NCBI GenBank assembly: GCA_964551015.1
Contig: CAZKBP010000003.1
Coordinates: 85,327-149,326 of the forward strand
DNA: 64,000 bases
Reading direction: 5' to 3'
Source of the DNA: an uncultured Cytophagaceae bacterium
Lineage (GTDB): Bacteria > Bacteroidota > Bacteroidia > Cytophagales > Microscillaceae
In this document: in pieces, positions 39,998 through 50,216 of the stretch
Numbering within the stretch: position 1 is the first letter of the stretch
How the letters are laid out: every line of letters starts with the position of its first letter
Made by a program: the position numbers and the translations under genes
Notes under the pieces: model-generated
What the model was told of the DNA's origin: nothing
The model's database searches: none
Seen by the model: the letters and a program-made list of their open reading frames with translations, nothing else

Positions 39998-40038
39998 AAC
40001 TCCCTGAAGGCCAGTAATGGTCAGGGAGTTTTTTTTAT
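39998..40038 (+). terminator. Rho-independent terminator (stem AACTCCCTGA/TCAGGGAGTT followed by T8)
   Basis: Seen directly. It lies 12 nt after the stop of the transglutaminase gene. Confidence 0.8.
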
Positions 40039-40337
40039 GGATAATTGAATATGAACCAGGCGCATTTTAAAAAACTGCACCGCACCGTGAACAAATTAAT
40101 TTTCAAAGATTCTTACCTATATTCAGGCAATCAGTTACCAATCAGCAGCAGACTCGAGATCAATATGCCCATCGTAGATACTTGGGCTCATCCCTATCTG
40201 TGGGAGTTTTTCAAGTAGTCCGTGGCAAAATATCAAACAAGTATTGTCCTAAAGAAAAAGCAGTAAGCGTAGTGGTTTTGCGGTACATGTATTTATCTTT
40301 GAATTCAAACTAAGAAAAGATTTAGAGAAAAAACAGC

Positions 40338-42113
40338 ATGCTTGCTATTCTTCTAGTCTGGGCTTATATCACGTTTACGGCCTACGTGGCAGGTTACCTA
40401 GCCCTCAAAGTCGCCAGCTATTACTGGAAAAAAGGCAAAAATTTTTACAATTTCCCACTCATTATCCTCTGTGGCTTAGCTACGCTCTCGATGCTAGCCA
40501 ACTACCTGTCGCTCTGGATGCCGATTCATCTAGAAGCTGGAATTTTGCTGTTGAGCTTCAGTGTGGGCACTCTCCTGATTTTCAGAAAAGAGATCACGCG
40601 TAAAATTTATCAATATTTTACTCACATCCACTGGCTGACATCGGGCTTGTGGATATGTATCCTGCTGTTCGCGGTTTTACAGTCCATACCGATTAGTTAT
40701 AATACGCCTGACGAGGCAGGATACTATATTCAAACCTTACTCTGGATCGAGCGTTATCCCGCTATTCCGGGACTAGGAAACCTATCCGTTTGTTTTACCT
40801 ACAATTCTTCTTGGCATACCCTAAGTTGTTTTTATCGCTTTGAGTACTTAGGCTTTCGGGATTTCAATGATCTAAATGGCTATCTATACGTGGTGGTAGG
40901 GCTGTATGCTTTGGAAGGCTTCGATGCAATCCTTCGTAAGCGAGCGGATTGGATAGATTTTGTAAAGATTAGCTACTTAATACTGGCTTATTTTTTTCTC
41001 AGAGCCACGGTTCTTTCTATTTCGGCAGATGTGGCCGTTGCTTTTCACCTGTGGGTCATTCTTACGCTGGTACTAAGGCTGGCTTATCAGCGGAGTATCT
41101 CCGATAATCAAGAAGCTCACGAAGTGTATCTCTATCATTTGCTAGTTTTTATTCTCACCATAAAGCTCTCTGCGATTACGATGTTCTTAGGAGTATTGAT
41201 CTTTTGTGGACATTGGTTCTACAAAAAATGCTATTTTCGTCTCGCGTATGGCGGAGTGGTTTTGATTGTCTTTATGTTTCCTTACCTGACCCGCAATGTT
41301 ATAAGTTCAGGATATCTGCTGAGTCCCCTCACGCTGATTGATGTTTTTGAGGTAGATTGGAAGTTACCCAAAAATTCAGGCTTGATTGGTCAGGATTACC
41401 TTTTATCCCCGTTTCTAACTGGTACAACCCACCATCGCAAATTAATAAAAGACGAAGAGGGGAGGGTCAAAGCCGATTCTTCATATATGTCATTTTGGGA
41501 ATGGCTTATGGATGTACAGGAAAATTTGTATGGATTCTGGAAGTTGTGGGGACTGGGGGTATTAGGCTCTATACCGTTTTGGTTATTGATTTCTTTCAAT
41601 TATTTGCCCGGTGTGCGGCGAGGGGCAAAACCTTCTCTGTTTTTTTATATGTTGCTGGTTCTCCTATGGAGTACTTATTTGCTTTGGGCAATTACGTTAC
41701 CAAGCTGGCTTCACGGGGAAATTCGCTCTGGCTTGGGTATTAGCCTTTTTGGTATTAGTGCAGGTCTAGGTTGGCTCATCTGGAGGGTAAATGCCTACTT
41801 TAATCGAGTAACCCGTTGGGTTTGCCTAGCTCTTTGTATATTATTAATCATTAAAAAGCCATACAACATAGAGAATAAAGCACAGATTTTTTCTCAAAAT
41901 TTGTTACTACCACCCCACTATCCCGTCGCACCAACTCAGGCAATTTGGCTGGACGGTGTTCAGCTTAATCAAGTCATAGATCAAGATGACGTGCGTTGCT
42001 GGGGAGCAGATGTGCCCTGTGTGCCCTATCTATACGAAGGTTTGGAGTTGAGAGGGGAACAAATCGAGGAGGGCTTTCGAACTCGTCGCAAAAAGGCTCA
42101 CAAGAACCTGTGA
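40338..42113 (+). CDS. Polytopic integral membrane protein of unknown function (at least 12 predicted TM helices; GT-C glycosyltransferase-like topology is possible)
   Basis: 591 aa, highly hydrophobic throughout, with a Cys-containing hydrophilic C-terminal tail. No confident family assignment. Confidence 0.4.
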   Translation: MLAILLVWAYITFTAYVAGYLALKVASYYWKKGKNFYNFPLIILCGLATLSMLANYLSLWMPIHLEAGILLLSFSVGTLLIFRKEITRKIYQYFTHIHWLTSGLWICILLFAVLQSIPISYNTPDEAGYYIQTLLWIERYPAIPGLGNLSVCFTYNSSWHTLSCFYRFEYLGFRDFNDLNGYLYVVVGLYALEGFDAILRKRADWIDFVKISYLILAYFFLRATVLSISADVAVAFHLWVILTLVLRLAYQRSISDNQEAHEVYLYHLLVFILTIKLSAITMFLGVLIFCGHWFYKKCYFRLAYGGVVLIVFMFPYLTRNVISSGYLLSPLTLIDVFEVDWKLPKNSGLIGQDYLLSPFLTGTTHHRKLIKDEEGRVKADSSYMSFWEWLMDVQENLYGFWKLWGLGVLGSIPFWLLISFNYLPGVRRGAKPSLFFYMLLVLLWSTYLLWAITLPSWLHGEIRSGLGISLFGISAGLGWLIWRVNAYFNRVTRWVCLALCILLIIKKPYNIENKAQIFSQNLLLPPHYPVAPTQAIWLDGVQLNQVIDQDDVRCWGADVPCVPYLYEGLELRGEQIEEGFRTRRKKAHKNL

Positions 42114-42229
42114 ACCCGCGTATAAACTTGCAGTTTTGAACGCAATGAAGTAATTTGCACCATGATTACAATCAATACAAAACGTGTGATCACTTCCCTC
42201 TGTCTTATCAAGATTTAATTTAAAATTTT

Positions 42230-42973
42230 ATGGCCGGACATAGTAAATGGGCAAACATCAAGCATCGCAAGGGTGCTCAGGATGCCAAACGAGGAAAAAT
42301 TTTTACCAAAATGATCAAAGAAATCATGGTCGCTGCTAAAACAGGCAACCCTGACCCGGATATGAACCCTCGCCTCCGACTAGCAATCCAAAATGCCAAA
42401 TCAGCCAACGTACCCAAAGATAACATCGAGCGTGCCGTCAAAAAAGCCACTGGTGAAGAAGCCACCGATTATATCGAGACCACTTACGAGGGTTATGCCC
42501 CCAATGGGGTGGCTGTTTTTGTAGAATGTGCTACCGATAATCTCAACCGTACCGTGTCTAGTGTACGCAGCATCTTTTCTAAAAACGGTGGAAACCTCGC
42601 CACCAATGGCTCCGTTGATTTCCTTTTCGAGACCAAGGGGGTTTTCTTTATCAAGAAACCCGAAGCCTTAGATATGGAGGAGTTTGAACTGGAAATGATT
42701 GAGGCAGGTGCTGAATCTATTGAAACCGAAGAAGAATATATCACCGTCAGTACCGCTAAGGACGACTTTGGCAATGTGCAAAAGAAACTAGACGAGATCA
42801 ATCTAGAAACCGAAGATGCTGGGCTGCAAAAAATCCCCACTACCACGGTGAGCCTTGGCGATGAAGATTTTGTCCAAGTCATGAAGCTGATCGAGAAGCT
42901 AGAAGATGATGACGATGTCCAAAAAGTCTATCACAATCTCGAGGTTCAAGAATCACAAATGGACTTGGTTTAG
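42230..42973 (+). CDS. yebC: YebC/PmpR family DNA-binding transcriptional regulator
   Basis: MAGHSKWANIKHRKGAQDAKRGKIFTKMIKEI is a near-invariant YebC N-terminus. Length is 247 aa. Confidence 0.95.
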   Translation: MAGHSKWANIKHRKGAQDAKRGKIFTKMIKEIMVAAKTGNPDPDMNPRLRLAIQNAKSANVPKDNIERAVKKATGEEATDYIETTYEGYAPNGVAVFVECATDNLNRTVSSVRSIFSKNGGNLATNGSVDFLFETKGVFFIKKPEALDMEEFELEMIEAGAESIETEEEYITVSTAKDDFGNVQKKLDEINLETEDAGLQKIPTTTVSLGDEDFVQVMKLIEKLEDDDDVQKVYHNLEVQESQMDLV

Positions 42974-43093
42974 ATAGAAATGGCAAATTAGGAATTACTT
43001 TTAATTAGATTATAAAAAGATAAAAGAGTGGAGGTCTCGGCGAATAGCAGGGTTCTTTCACTCTTTCATTTTTTAATTCTTTCAGTCTTTCAC

Positions 43094-44173
43094 TCAGACC
43101 TCAACGGGTTCTTCTACCCGAGGCTCTTTCTTAGGATAAAGCAAAGAGGCTACAATACTAACCGCGAGGATAACCAGAATAATATAAAGAGAATATTGAT
43201 TCTTGAAGCAGATGCTTTTGAGCCAGTCGTTGGCAATCATCTTAAAACCAATAAAAATAAGCAACGCCGCCAATCCTGCCTTGAGATAGTGGAAAAGGTG
43301 CATAATATTAGACAAGAAGAAAAACATAGAGCGCAAGCCCATGATCGCGAAAATATTGGAAAAAAACACGATGTAAGGATCGCGTGTTACCCCAAATACA
43401 GCCGGCACAGAGTCTACAGCGAAGAGCAAATCTGTAAACTCGATAATTAACACCACTACGAAAAGGGGCGTAATCATCAGCATTCCCTTACGACGTACAA
43501 AGAAACGATCATTTACATAACGAGGAAAAACCGAAAAATATCTAGAGGCTAGCTTGACTACTGGGTGCTTGACCGGATCAATCTTGTCTTCTTCATTTTG
43601 AAAAAACATCTTGAGCCCTGAATAAATCAACAACCCTCCGAAGATGTACAGTATCCAGTGAAAACGCTGGATCAAGGCCGCCCCCAGAAAGATAAAGACA
43701 AAGCGCATAATCACCGCGCCCAAGATACCCCATAAAAGTACTTTCTTGTGATAACTCTCCCGCACCCCGAAGGAGGCAAAAATCAAAATAATCACGAAAA
43801 TGTTATCTACCGAAAGAGAATACTCCAAAAGCCAACCCGTAATAAACTCGAGCGCCATGTTATTGCGATAACTCTGTAAGCTTTTGTCGTAATTATCAGG
43901 AGAGAGATACTGTAGTTCAGAGCGGTTGTCTACGTATTTGTCAACAATTTGCGTGAGATCGTCGTAGTTTTCAATGCCGTGGATGAGATGCCCGTAGCTT
44001 TTGATCAAAAAATAAAAAATGATAGCCATCCCCACCCAGACCATACTCCAGGTAGCCGCTTCTTTGAAGGAGACCACATGACTCTTGCGATTAAAGACTC
44101 CTAGATCCAGCAGCAGCATACCCACTATGAAGCCCAGAAATGCTACGAAAAATAATAGTTCGTTCGGATTCAT
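43094..44173 (-). CDS. TerC family integral membrane protein
   Basis: EYSLSVDNIFVIILIF and IEFTDLLFAVDSVPAV paired TerC motifs. Length is 359 aa. Confidence 0.9.
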   Translation of the reverse strand: MNPNELLFFVAFLGFIVGMLLLDLGVFNRKSHVVSFKEAATWSMVWVGMAIIFYFLIKSYGHLIHGIENYDDLTQIVDKYVDNRSELQYLSPDNYDKSLQSYRNNMALEFITGWLLEYSLSVDNIFVIILIFASFGVRESYHKKVLLWGILGAVIMRFVFIFLGAALIQRFHWILYIFGGLLIYSGLKMFFQNEEDKIDPVKHPVVKLASRYFSVFPRYVNDRFFVRRKGMLMITPLFVVVLIIEFTDLLFAVDSVPAVFGVTRDPYIVFFSNIFAIMGLRSMFFFLSNIMHLFHYLKAGLAALLIFIGFKMIANDWLKSICFKNQYSLYIILVILAVSIVASLLYPKKEPRVEEPVEV

Positions 44174-44767
44174 ATAATATAGACCGTTGGCTTTTAATCA
44201 ACAAACTTTATTCCAAGGAAGGTATTTTGGAAATGGAAATGAGTCTGAAGTTCCTGAGGGGGTAGCCAAAAGGATAACATGGGATGTAAGCAGATGAGAA
44301 TTTGTTTCATAAATATTATATCAGAATGTTCTTCTTTTAAGATCAGTCGGTTAGCTCGTGCGTTCCAACGTATGGCATCCGGCTTGATGACAAGTGATTG
44401 CCTATTTGTTACCGATGAGTCAACTTAACAAATATTATACGCTTTCTGGCTTTGATTTGTTTTTTATTAGAAAAAGCATTTAAAAAATTATCTTGATACT
44501 ATCCACTCGCCTTAATTGAAGCTCCACCAAGGCTTTATAACCGCAAAGCTGGCTAGGGGCACTTAGAATTATCCTCAGTGCGCGTAAGCACATTTTAAAA
44601 ATCTCGAAAAAATGAACAAATCAAACCCTCGTAATATCTACTGCTTTTCTAGTAAATAGCTTACATATCCTCACAAAGCCAAGGAATAAAGCGGAAAGCA
44701 ATAGCGTTATTCTAATTTTTTTAATAAACTTGCAGCCAAAGTTTAATTCTACAGCCAATACGATTCC

Positions 44768-45769
44768 ATGGAACAAGTTTTTATGATAGTAGGCTTCCTC
44801 TTTGCGGCCTACGCTGTTGTGGGAAACGATGCCATCCAAACTTTGGGAACTTTCTTAAGTTCTAACGGTAAACGCCCTTGGTGGGTACTTTGGCTTTATG
44901 CCTCTGGAATTGCATTGGCAGTATTGGCTTACGGATGGGCTACAGAAGGGGGAGATGTTTCTTACGGGCGTTTGGAGAAAGTGCCTGTTCCCGAGGTGCT
45001 AGAGTGGTGGTTTGTCTTGCCTCCCTTGGTATTATTAATCATCACCCGATACGGGATTCCAGTGAGTACTACTTTCCTCATCCTGAGTGTTTTTTCACTA
45101 GCGGATTCCGAAGGGTTAAGTGCGCTTGAGATCGTCCAGGGCGTCTTTTCTACGGATGCTTTTATTGGCAAAATGCTTTTGAAGTCCGTCTCTGGTTATA
45201 TTGTCGCGTTTCTAGCGGCTTTTCTTATCTACCTGCTCATTTCTCGGCTGATAGAAAGGTACTTCATTGATACCTACAAAGGAGAGCTACCCGGCATAGG
45301 TTGGGTGGCACTGCAATGGATTTCCACGGGCTTCTTATGGAGTCAATGGCTTATTCAAGATATGGCCAATATCTTCGTTTACCTGCCTCGTCCTCTCAAT
45401 TTTTCTTATTTTCTTTTCTCCGCCGTGGTGTTTGTGGCGCTACAGGGCTTTATCTTCTACAACCGTGGGGGCGAAATCCAGAAAATCGTTACCACCAAGA
45501 CCAACACGACCGATATTCGCTCGGCTACCATCGTAGATTTTATCTATGGAATCATTCTTTTGATCTTCAAAGAGTGGAGCAAAATCCCTATGAGTACCAC
45601 CTGGGTCTTTGTCGGATTATTGGCTGGTCGTGAATTTTCTATCAATCTTTTATTGCGTCGCCAGAGTATCTCCGCCGTGGCACGAGTGGTTACCTCCGAT
45701 TTTATCAAAATTATGATTGGACTAGCCGTGAGTATCCTATTGATGGTCTTGATTAGCTTTTTGCGCTAG
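44768..45769 (+). CDS. Divergent PiT/PHO4-family-like transporter (two internal repeats)
   Basis: Repeat 1 VVGNDAIQTLGT...GIPVSTTFLI and repeat 2 ...KIPMSTTWVFVGLLAG resemble the PiT GANDVANA...PVSTTH duplicated signature, but are degenerate. Confidence 0.45.
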   Translation: MEQVFMIVGFLFAAYAVVGNDAIQTLGTFLSSNGKRPWWVLWLYASGIALAVLAYGWATEGGDVSYGRLEKVPVPEVLEWWFVLPPLVLLIITRYGIPVSTTFLILSVFSLADSEGLSALEIVQGVFSTDAFIGKMLLKSVSGYIVAFLAAFLIYLLISRLIERYFIDTYKGELPGIGWVALQWISTGFLWSQWLIQDMANIFVYLPRPLNFSYFLFSAVVFVALQGFIFYNRGGEIQKIVTTKTNTTDIRSATIVDFIYGIILLIFKEWSKIPMSTTWVFVGLLAGREFSINLLLRRQSISAVARVVTSDFIKIMIGLAVSILLMVLISFLR

Positions 45770-46366
45770 TCTTTGGCGGTAAAGCCAGATGATGATGACT
45801 AGCCCCACTAGGCATCCAATGCTCAGGAAAATGCTGAGTAATCGGTAAAAGGCAAGCTGTCTTTTTGACTTTTCCAGTTCATTTGCCACACGCTTGCGTG
45901 CTTGCAAGAGCGCAATATTTTGTTCTTCTGCTTGATTAATCTTGATCTGTTTCTTCTGTAGCTCTAAATAAGCTTCCGCTAGTTCGTTTGACCAATTGGG
46001 CGTATAAGAAATGCTAACCCTAAACACGTCTGCTCGCTCGAGTCCTAATTGGGCAAAGGCTTTTTTAGAAAGATCAATCACGCTTCCTTCCAACCTTGAT
46101 TTCCCGACGGTTTTGACCATCACGAAAGTGTTATTTTTAGGATTTTCCACTCGAATGTAGGTGCCTACTTCTAAAGAAGGATGAAGCGCCACAAATTCGT
46201 CTTCGGGCAAATCTTCACGGGAACGTGCCGTACCTAGCTCGACAACTCTATAACGGTTGGTGAGGCTATCATAAACGACCTGACCTCCCAAGCTTTGAGC
46301 TGGCAAATCCATCACGATGCCTAGCGAGATAATATTTATACAGGCAATCAAAAATTTTCTCATCAT
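45737..46366 (-). CDS. RlpA-like double-psi beta-barrel (DPBB) domain protein with C-terminal TM anchor
   Basis: ALHPSLEVGTYIRVENPKNNTFVMVKTVGKSRLEGSVIDLSKKAFAQLG resembles the RlpA/DPBB core. The C-terminus has hydrophobic LLSIFLSIGCLVGLVIIIWL. It overlaps the upstream gene's 3' end by ~33 bp, convergently. Confidence 0.4.
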   Translation of the reverse strand: MMRKFLIACINIISLGIVMDLPAQSLGGQVVYDSLTNRYRVVELGTARSREDLPEDEFVALHPSLEVGTYIRVENPKNNTFVMVKTVGKSRLEGSVIDLSKKAFAQLGLERADVFRVSISYTPNWSNELAEAYLELQKKQIKINQAEEQNIALLQARKRVANELEKSKRQLAFYRLLSIFLSIGCLVGLVIIIWLYRQRLAQKANQDHQ

Positions 46367-46471
46367 CTAAATAACAGCAACAAAAAAGCAAGAAGGTTTT
46401 CAAAGCCCAAATTTTTTTGGTTCTTTTCGATAAGATTCTTTTATTTCAATTCTCAATAAAAAATATTCTAT

Positions 46472-47479
46472 ATGAAATCAGTTGTATTGCAAGAAGATCC
46501 CCAAGCAAAACTAGTAGTCAAAGATAGCCCCATCCCCGAGCTGAAAGCAGGCGAAGCCTTGGTGAAGATAAAAGCCGCCGCCCTCAACCACCGCGACCAA
46601 TGGTGTCGCGTGGGGATGTACCCGGGTTTACGCTATCCTTCTATTTTAGGTTCGGATGGTTGTGGCGTAGTAGAGAAGGTACAAGATAGCCAAGATGAGG
46701 CTTGGGTCGGTCAGGAAGTCATCATGAACCCTAATGTCAACTGGGGAGACAGCCCTGCACATCAATCTGCCCAATATACCATCTTAGGAATGCCTACCAA
46801 TGGCACCATGGCCGAATATTTAGCCATTCCTGTGCATCGTTTACACCAGAAACCAGCGCATTTGAGTGCCGAAGCTGCCGCTGCTCTTCCCCTAGCCGGA
46901 CTCACGGCCTACCGAGTCGCTTTCTACAAAGGAGAAATCAGTGAAGGCTACGATGTACTCATCACGGGGATTGGCGGAGGAGTAGCCCTCTTTGCCTTGC
47001 AATTCGCCCTGGCAGCGGGCGCCCAAGTCGTGGTCACCTCAGGAAGCGAAGAGAAAATAGAAAAAGCCAAAGAAATCGGAGCCAGTCAGGGTGTGAATTA
47101 TAAAGAAGAAAAATGGTACAAAGCCTTACAAAAAGAATATCCCAATGGTTTTCAGACCATTATCGATAGTGCAGGAGGGCAGGATTTTGGTGAAGTAGCC
47201 AAGATGATCGGCCCCGCGGGAAATATGGTGGTTTATGGAACCACGGCGGGGCAACCTTCGCCCATCAATCTCCCTCGACTTTTCTTCTCTCAAGGTGCCA
47301 TCAAAGGCAGTACCATGGGCAATGACCAAGAGTTTAAGGACATGGTGGAGTTTGTGGCTAAACACAAAATTGAACCCATCGTGAGTTCAGTGCGCCCGAT
47401 AGATGAGGCCGTTTCTGCCTTTGACGAAATGGACGCCGGCAAGCAGTTTGGTAAGCTAGTACTTCGTATCAGTGAGTAA
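46472..47479 (+). CDS. Zinc-type/MDR alcohol dehydrogenase (quinone oxidoreductase-like)
   Basis: GSDGCGVV, and the ITGIGGGVALFALQFALAAGAQVV nucleotide-binding motif. Confidence 0.85.
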   Translation: MKSVVLQEDPQAKLVVKDSPIPELKAGEALVKIKAAALNHRDQWCRVGMYPGLRYPSILGSDGCGVVEKVQDSQDEAWVGQEVIMNPNVNWGDSPAHQSAQYTILGMPTNGTMAEYLAIPVHRLHQKPAHLSAEAAAALPLAGLTAYRVAFYKGEISEGYDVLITGIGGGVALFALQFALAAGAQVVVTSGSEEKIEKAKEIGASQGVNYKEEKWYKALQKEYPNGFQTIIDSAGGQDFGEVAKMIGPAGNMVVYGTTAGQPSPINLPRLFFSQGAIKGSTMGNDQEFKDMVEFVAKHKIEPIVSSVRPIDEAVSAFDEMDAGKQFGKLVLRISE

Positions 47480-47662
47480 AATCAGCGCCACCAAACTTTT
47501 CGCAAGAACTGTCGTATTGTAAAAGGCAGTTCTTTTTCTTTTGGTAAGAATAAACCGCCATTGCCTCCACCTTCAACTAGGCATTTATCTCTCAATCTCA
47601 CTTAATTTTATCATTAGCAAAGCTTTGCTAATAGATCATCTATTTTCTAAAAAAAAACAATT

Positions 47663-48244
47663 ATGAAAAATCTATTATTGATTAGTTGGCTATTCATTTT
47701 TGTGAATGCTACTTTTTTGCAAGCTCAAGCCCAAGAAAAAGACGTAATAATAACAGTAGATAAGGTTCCCGAACCCCAAGGAGGGATGAAAGCTTTCTAC
47801 CAGTTCATCAGCAGGGAGCTTCAATATCCTAAATTAGCACGTCGAATCGGGATTGAGGGACGAGTCATCGTGCAAATGGTCGTTGAAAAAGATGGTAGTA
47901 TCAGCAATCTACAGCTCCTTACGAGCATCGGAGGAGGTTGCGACGAAGAGGCGCTACGTGCTGTAGCTGCTTCACCCAAATGGATACCCGGTGAACATAA
48001 AGGCAACAAAGTGGCCGTGAGAATGGCCGTACCGATTATGTTCAAATTGGACGGAGAAAATCAAAACCCACTTCTAGTGGTCAATGACCAGGTAATTGGG
48101 CGTTTAGAAGATAGCCGGGATTATCTAGCTCAACTCAAAGCAGATGATATCATCGCGGTGAGTCGTTTAAATCAGAAAGAAACGAAAAAGCGATACCAAG
48201 AGAAGGCAAAAGATGGAGCAGTTATTATCTTGGTGGCAAGATAA
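47663..48244 (+). CDS. TonB C-terminal domain (energy transducer TonB family) protein
   Basis: PEPQGGMKAFYQFISRELQYPKLARRIGIEGRVIVQMVVEKDGSISNLQLL is the TonB_C fold signature. Confidence 0.75.
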   Translation: MKNLLLISWLFIFVNATFLQAQAQEKDVIITVDKVPEPQGGMKAFYQFISRELQYPKLARRIGIEGRVIVQMVVEKDGSISNLQLLTSIGGGCDEEALRAVAASPKWIPGEHKGNKVAVRMAVPIMFKLDGENQNPLLVVNDQVIGRLEDSRDYLAQLKADDIIAVSRLNQKETKKRYQEKAKDGAVIILVAR

Positions 48245-48371
48245 AGATTTTGACCCAAAGCCTGTTCCCCGACAGTATCTCCTTGACCATTATTTGGACT
48301 GAAATTTCTGTAAAGAAATACTAGCCTTCTACGGTATTTTTCACTATCTTGAGTAAAAACCATAATAGTCT

Positions 48372-49145
48372 ATGAAAAAATACTACCTCTTATTGATTTG
48401 CGGACTATTTTTATGTCCGATGGGAGTACAGGCACAACTAGAGTTGGGTCTGGGCTATGATTACGCACAACCCCTAGGAGGGATGTCTCTCAACATCACG
48501 CAAGTACACGGGCTAAGCCTCTACGGGCGGTACCATCTGCCCAACTCGCCCATCGCCTTGGGGGCTGAGATCAACTATGGTCATTATGGTCATCAGAAAA
48601 GTCGCCAATTTTACACCTTCAATGACGGAAGTCAAGTAGAAACAGATGTGCACGTCAATAATAACATCGCTTCCCTCAACCTGACCGCCCAGATTGATCT
48701 GCTCCAAAAAGGAGCCGTCATTCCTTATTTCTTAGTCAAAAGTGGGGCAAGCTTTTTCTACACCGATCTGAGAATTGACGATCCCACTGACCGCTCCGAC
48801 TGTGAGGTACTCGAGCAGGATTTATTGCAATCTGACTGGTCGGTTACGGCTTCTACTGGTTTAGGCTTTCGCTGGGATTTGGCCTCGCTGGTTTCTAAAT
48901 GGAATCAAAACACATTTTTTGTAAATTTTCAGGCTGAATATCAGGTCGGCTCCACTGTGAATTATATGAGTGTGGATCGCCCTAATCGGCAGAACCGCCC
49001 CCGAGGAGACGTAGAAGCTAGTTTTGTAAATAGCCAAACGCAGGTAGTCCATCGGCATCACGTAGGTCATGTTTATCAAAGTTCGCTCGAGATGCTGCGC
49101 TTTCGTTTGGGGATGAGCGTGAACATCAATAACCTGTGCAATTGA
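48372..49145 (+). CDS. Outer-membrane beta-barrel protein (porin-family-like)
   Basis: Signal peptide MKKYYLLLICGLFLCPMGVQAQ. Alternating amphipathic strands end in ...RFRLGMSVNINNL. Confidence 0.5.
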   Translation: MKKYYLLLICGLFLCPMGVQAQLELGLGYDYAQPLGGMSLNITQVHGLSLYGRYHLPNSPIALGAEINYGHYGHQKSRQFYTFNDGSQVETDVHVNNNIASLNLTAQIDLLQKGAVIPYFLVKSGASFFYTDLRIDDPTDRSDCEVLEQDLLQSDWSVTASTGLGFRWDLASLVSKWNQNTFFVNFQAEYQVGSTVNYMSVDRPNRQNRPRGDVEASFVNSQTQVVHRHHVGHVYQSSLEMLRFRLGMSVNINNLCN

Positions 49146-49272
49146 TCTTACAGAAATAATTAGTTTTCTTATTTTTTTATGAAAATTCCTTGATTTGTCT
49201 GGTGAGTCAAGGAATTTTCTTTTATATTGAATGGAAATAATACACTAATTTTCCATTTAAATCCAAAAAAGA

Positions 49273-50172
49273 ATGAGAACCTCCTTTCAAACCACCAACG
49301 GAACGGGGCTAAACTACCAATCCCCTCCCATGATTCTCTGGCAAAAAGCTAAAAAATACGGAATTTGGAACCCCGCCGATCTGGATTTCTCCCAAGATGC
49401 TCAAGACTGGCAAACGCTCAACGATGAAGAAAAAAAGTATATTTCCCGCCTTGTTTCACAATTTCAAGCGGGTGAGGAAGCTGTAACGCTTGATCTCTTG
49501 CCCCTCATCATGACCGTAGCCAAAGAAGGAAGGCTGGAGGAAGAAATGTTCTTGACCTCCTTCTTGTGGGAAGAAGCCAAACACGTGGAAGGCTTCAATC
49601 GCTTTATCCACGAAGTAATCCAACCCCAAGGAGATTTGAGTGAATATTTGATGCCTTCTTATCAAAAGATTTTTTATGAAATGTTGCCCGACGCGCTCAA
49701 CGCGCTACTAGTGGATGCCTCCCCTGTGAACCAAGCCAGGGCTTCGGTAACCTACAACATGGTGGTAGAAGGCGTACTGGCCGAAACCGGATACCACTCG
49801 ATGTTCATGCTTTTGACTGATCATCAGATTATGCCCGGCCTTTCAGAATTTGCCAATAAACTCAAACAAGATGAATCTCGCCACGTAGCCTATGGGGTAT
49901 TTCTGATCTCTCGCTTGGTAGCTGAACACGGGGATGAGGTTTGGCAGGCCGTAGAGGAACAGATGCACATGGTCATGCAGCCTGCTATGTCCTTGATCGA
50001 GGAAAGTTATGCCGAATACGAAGTCATTCCTTTTAATGTAGACCCTGAGTTTTATAAGGCATATGCCCAAGACCAGTTTGAGAAACGCTGGGCTAGGATT
50101 GAAAGAGCCCGCCACCAAACCTTAGATGAGATTTATAAAGTAGCCAAAGAAGCTGAGCCTGTATCTTCCTGA
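49273..50172 (+). CDS. Ferritin-like di-metal carboxylate protein, RNR-R2-like (R2-like ligand-binding oxidase family candidate)
   Basis: Two E-x-x-H metal-ligand motifs (WEEAKHVEGF; QDESRHVAYG) with R2-type spacing. Length is 299 aa. No RNR large-subunit gene is nearby. Confidence 0.65.
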   Translation: MRTSFQTTNGTGLNYQSPPMILWQKAKKYGIWNPADLDFSQDAQDWQTLNDEEKKYISRLVSQFQAGEEAVTLDLLPLIMTVAKEGRLEEEMFLTSFLWEEAKHVEGFNRFIHEVIQPQGDLSEYLMPSYQKIFYEMLPDALNALLVDASPVNQARASVTYNMVVEGVLAETGYHSMFMLLTDHQIMPGLSEFANKLKQDESRHVAYGVFLISRLVAEHGDEVWQAVEEQMHMVMQPAMSLIEESYAEYEVIPFNVDPEFYKAYAQDQFEKRWARIERARHQTLDEIYKVAKEAEPVSS

Positions 50173-50216
50173 TTAGATAACTTCCAAAAGCCTGAGTACT
50201 TCACTTGGGCTTTTAT

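Noticed and set aside
40051-40218. 55-codon ORF (MNQAHFKKLHRTVNKL...) immediately after the transglutaminase terminator
   Set aside because: No ribosome-binding context is evident and no similarity was recognised. It could be a real small protein, but the evidence is insufficient.
44174-44620. yybP-ykoY Mn2+ riboswitch in the terC leader (minus strand)
   Set aside because: The conserved GGGGAGUAG and GAGAC elements were not found on the terC-sense strand. Only a weak look-alike was found on the opposite strand, and it is listed as a low-interest finding.
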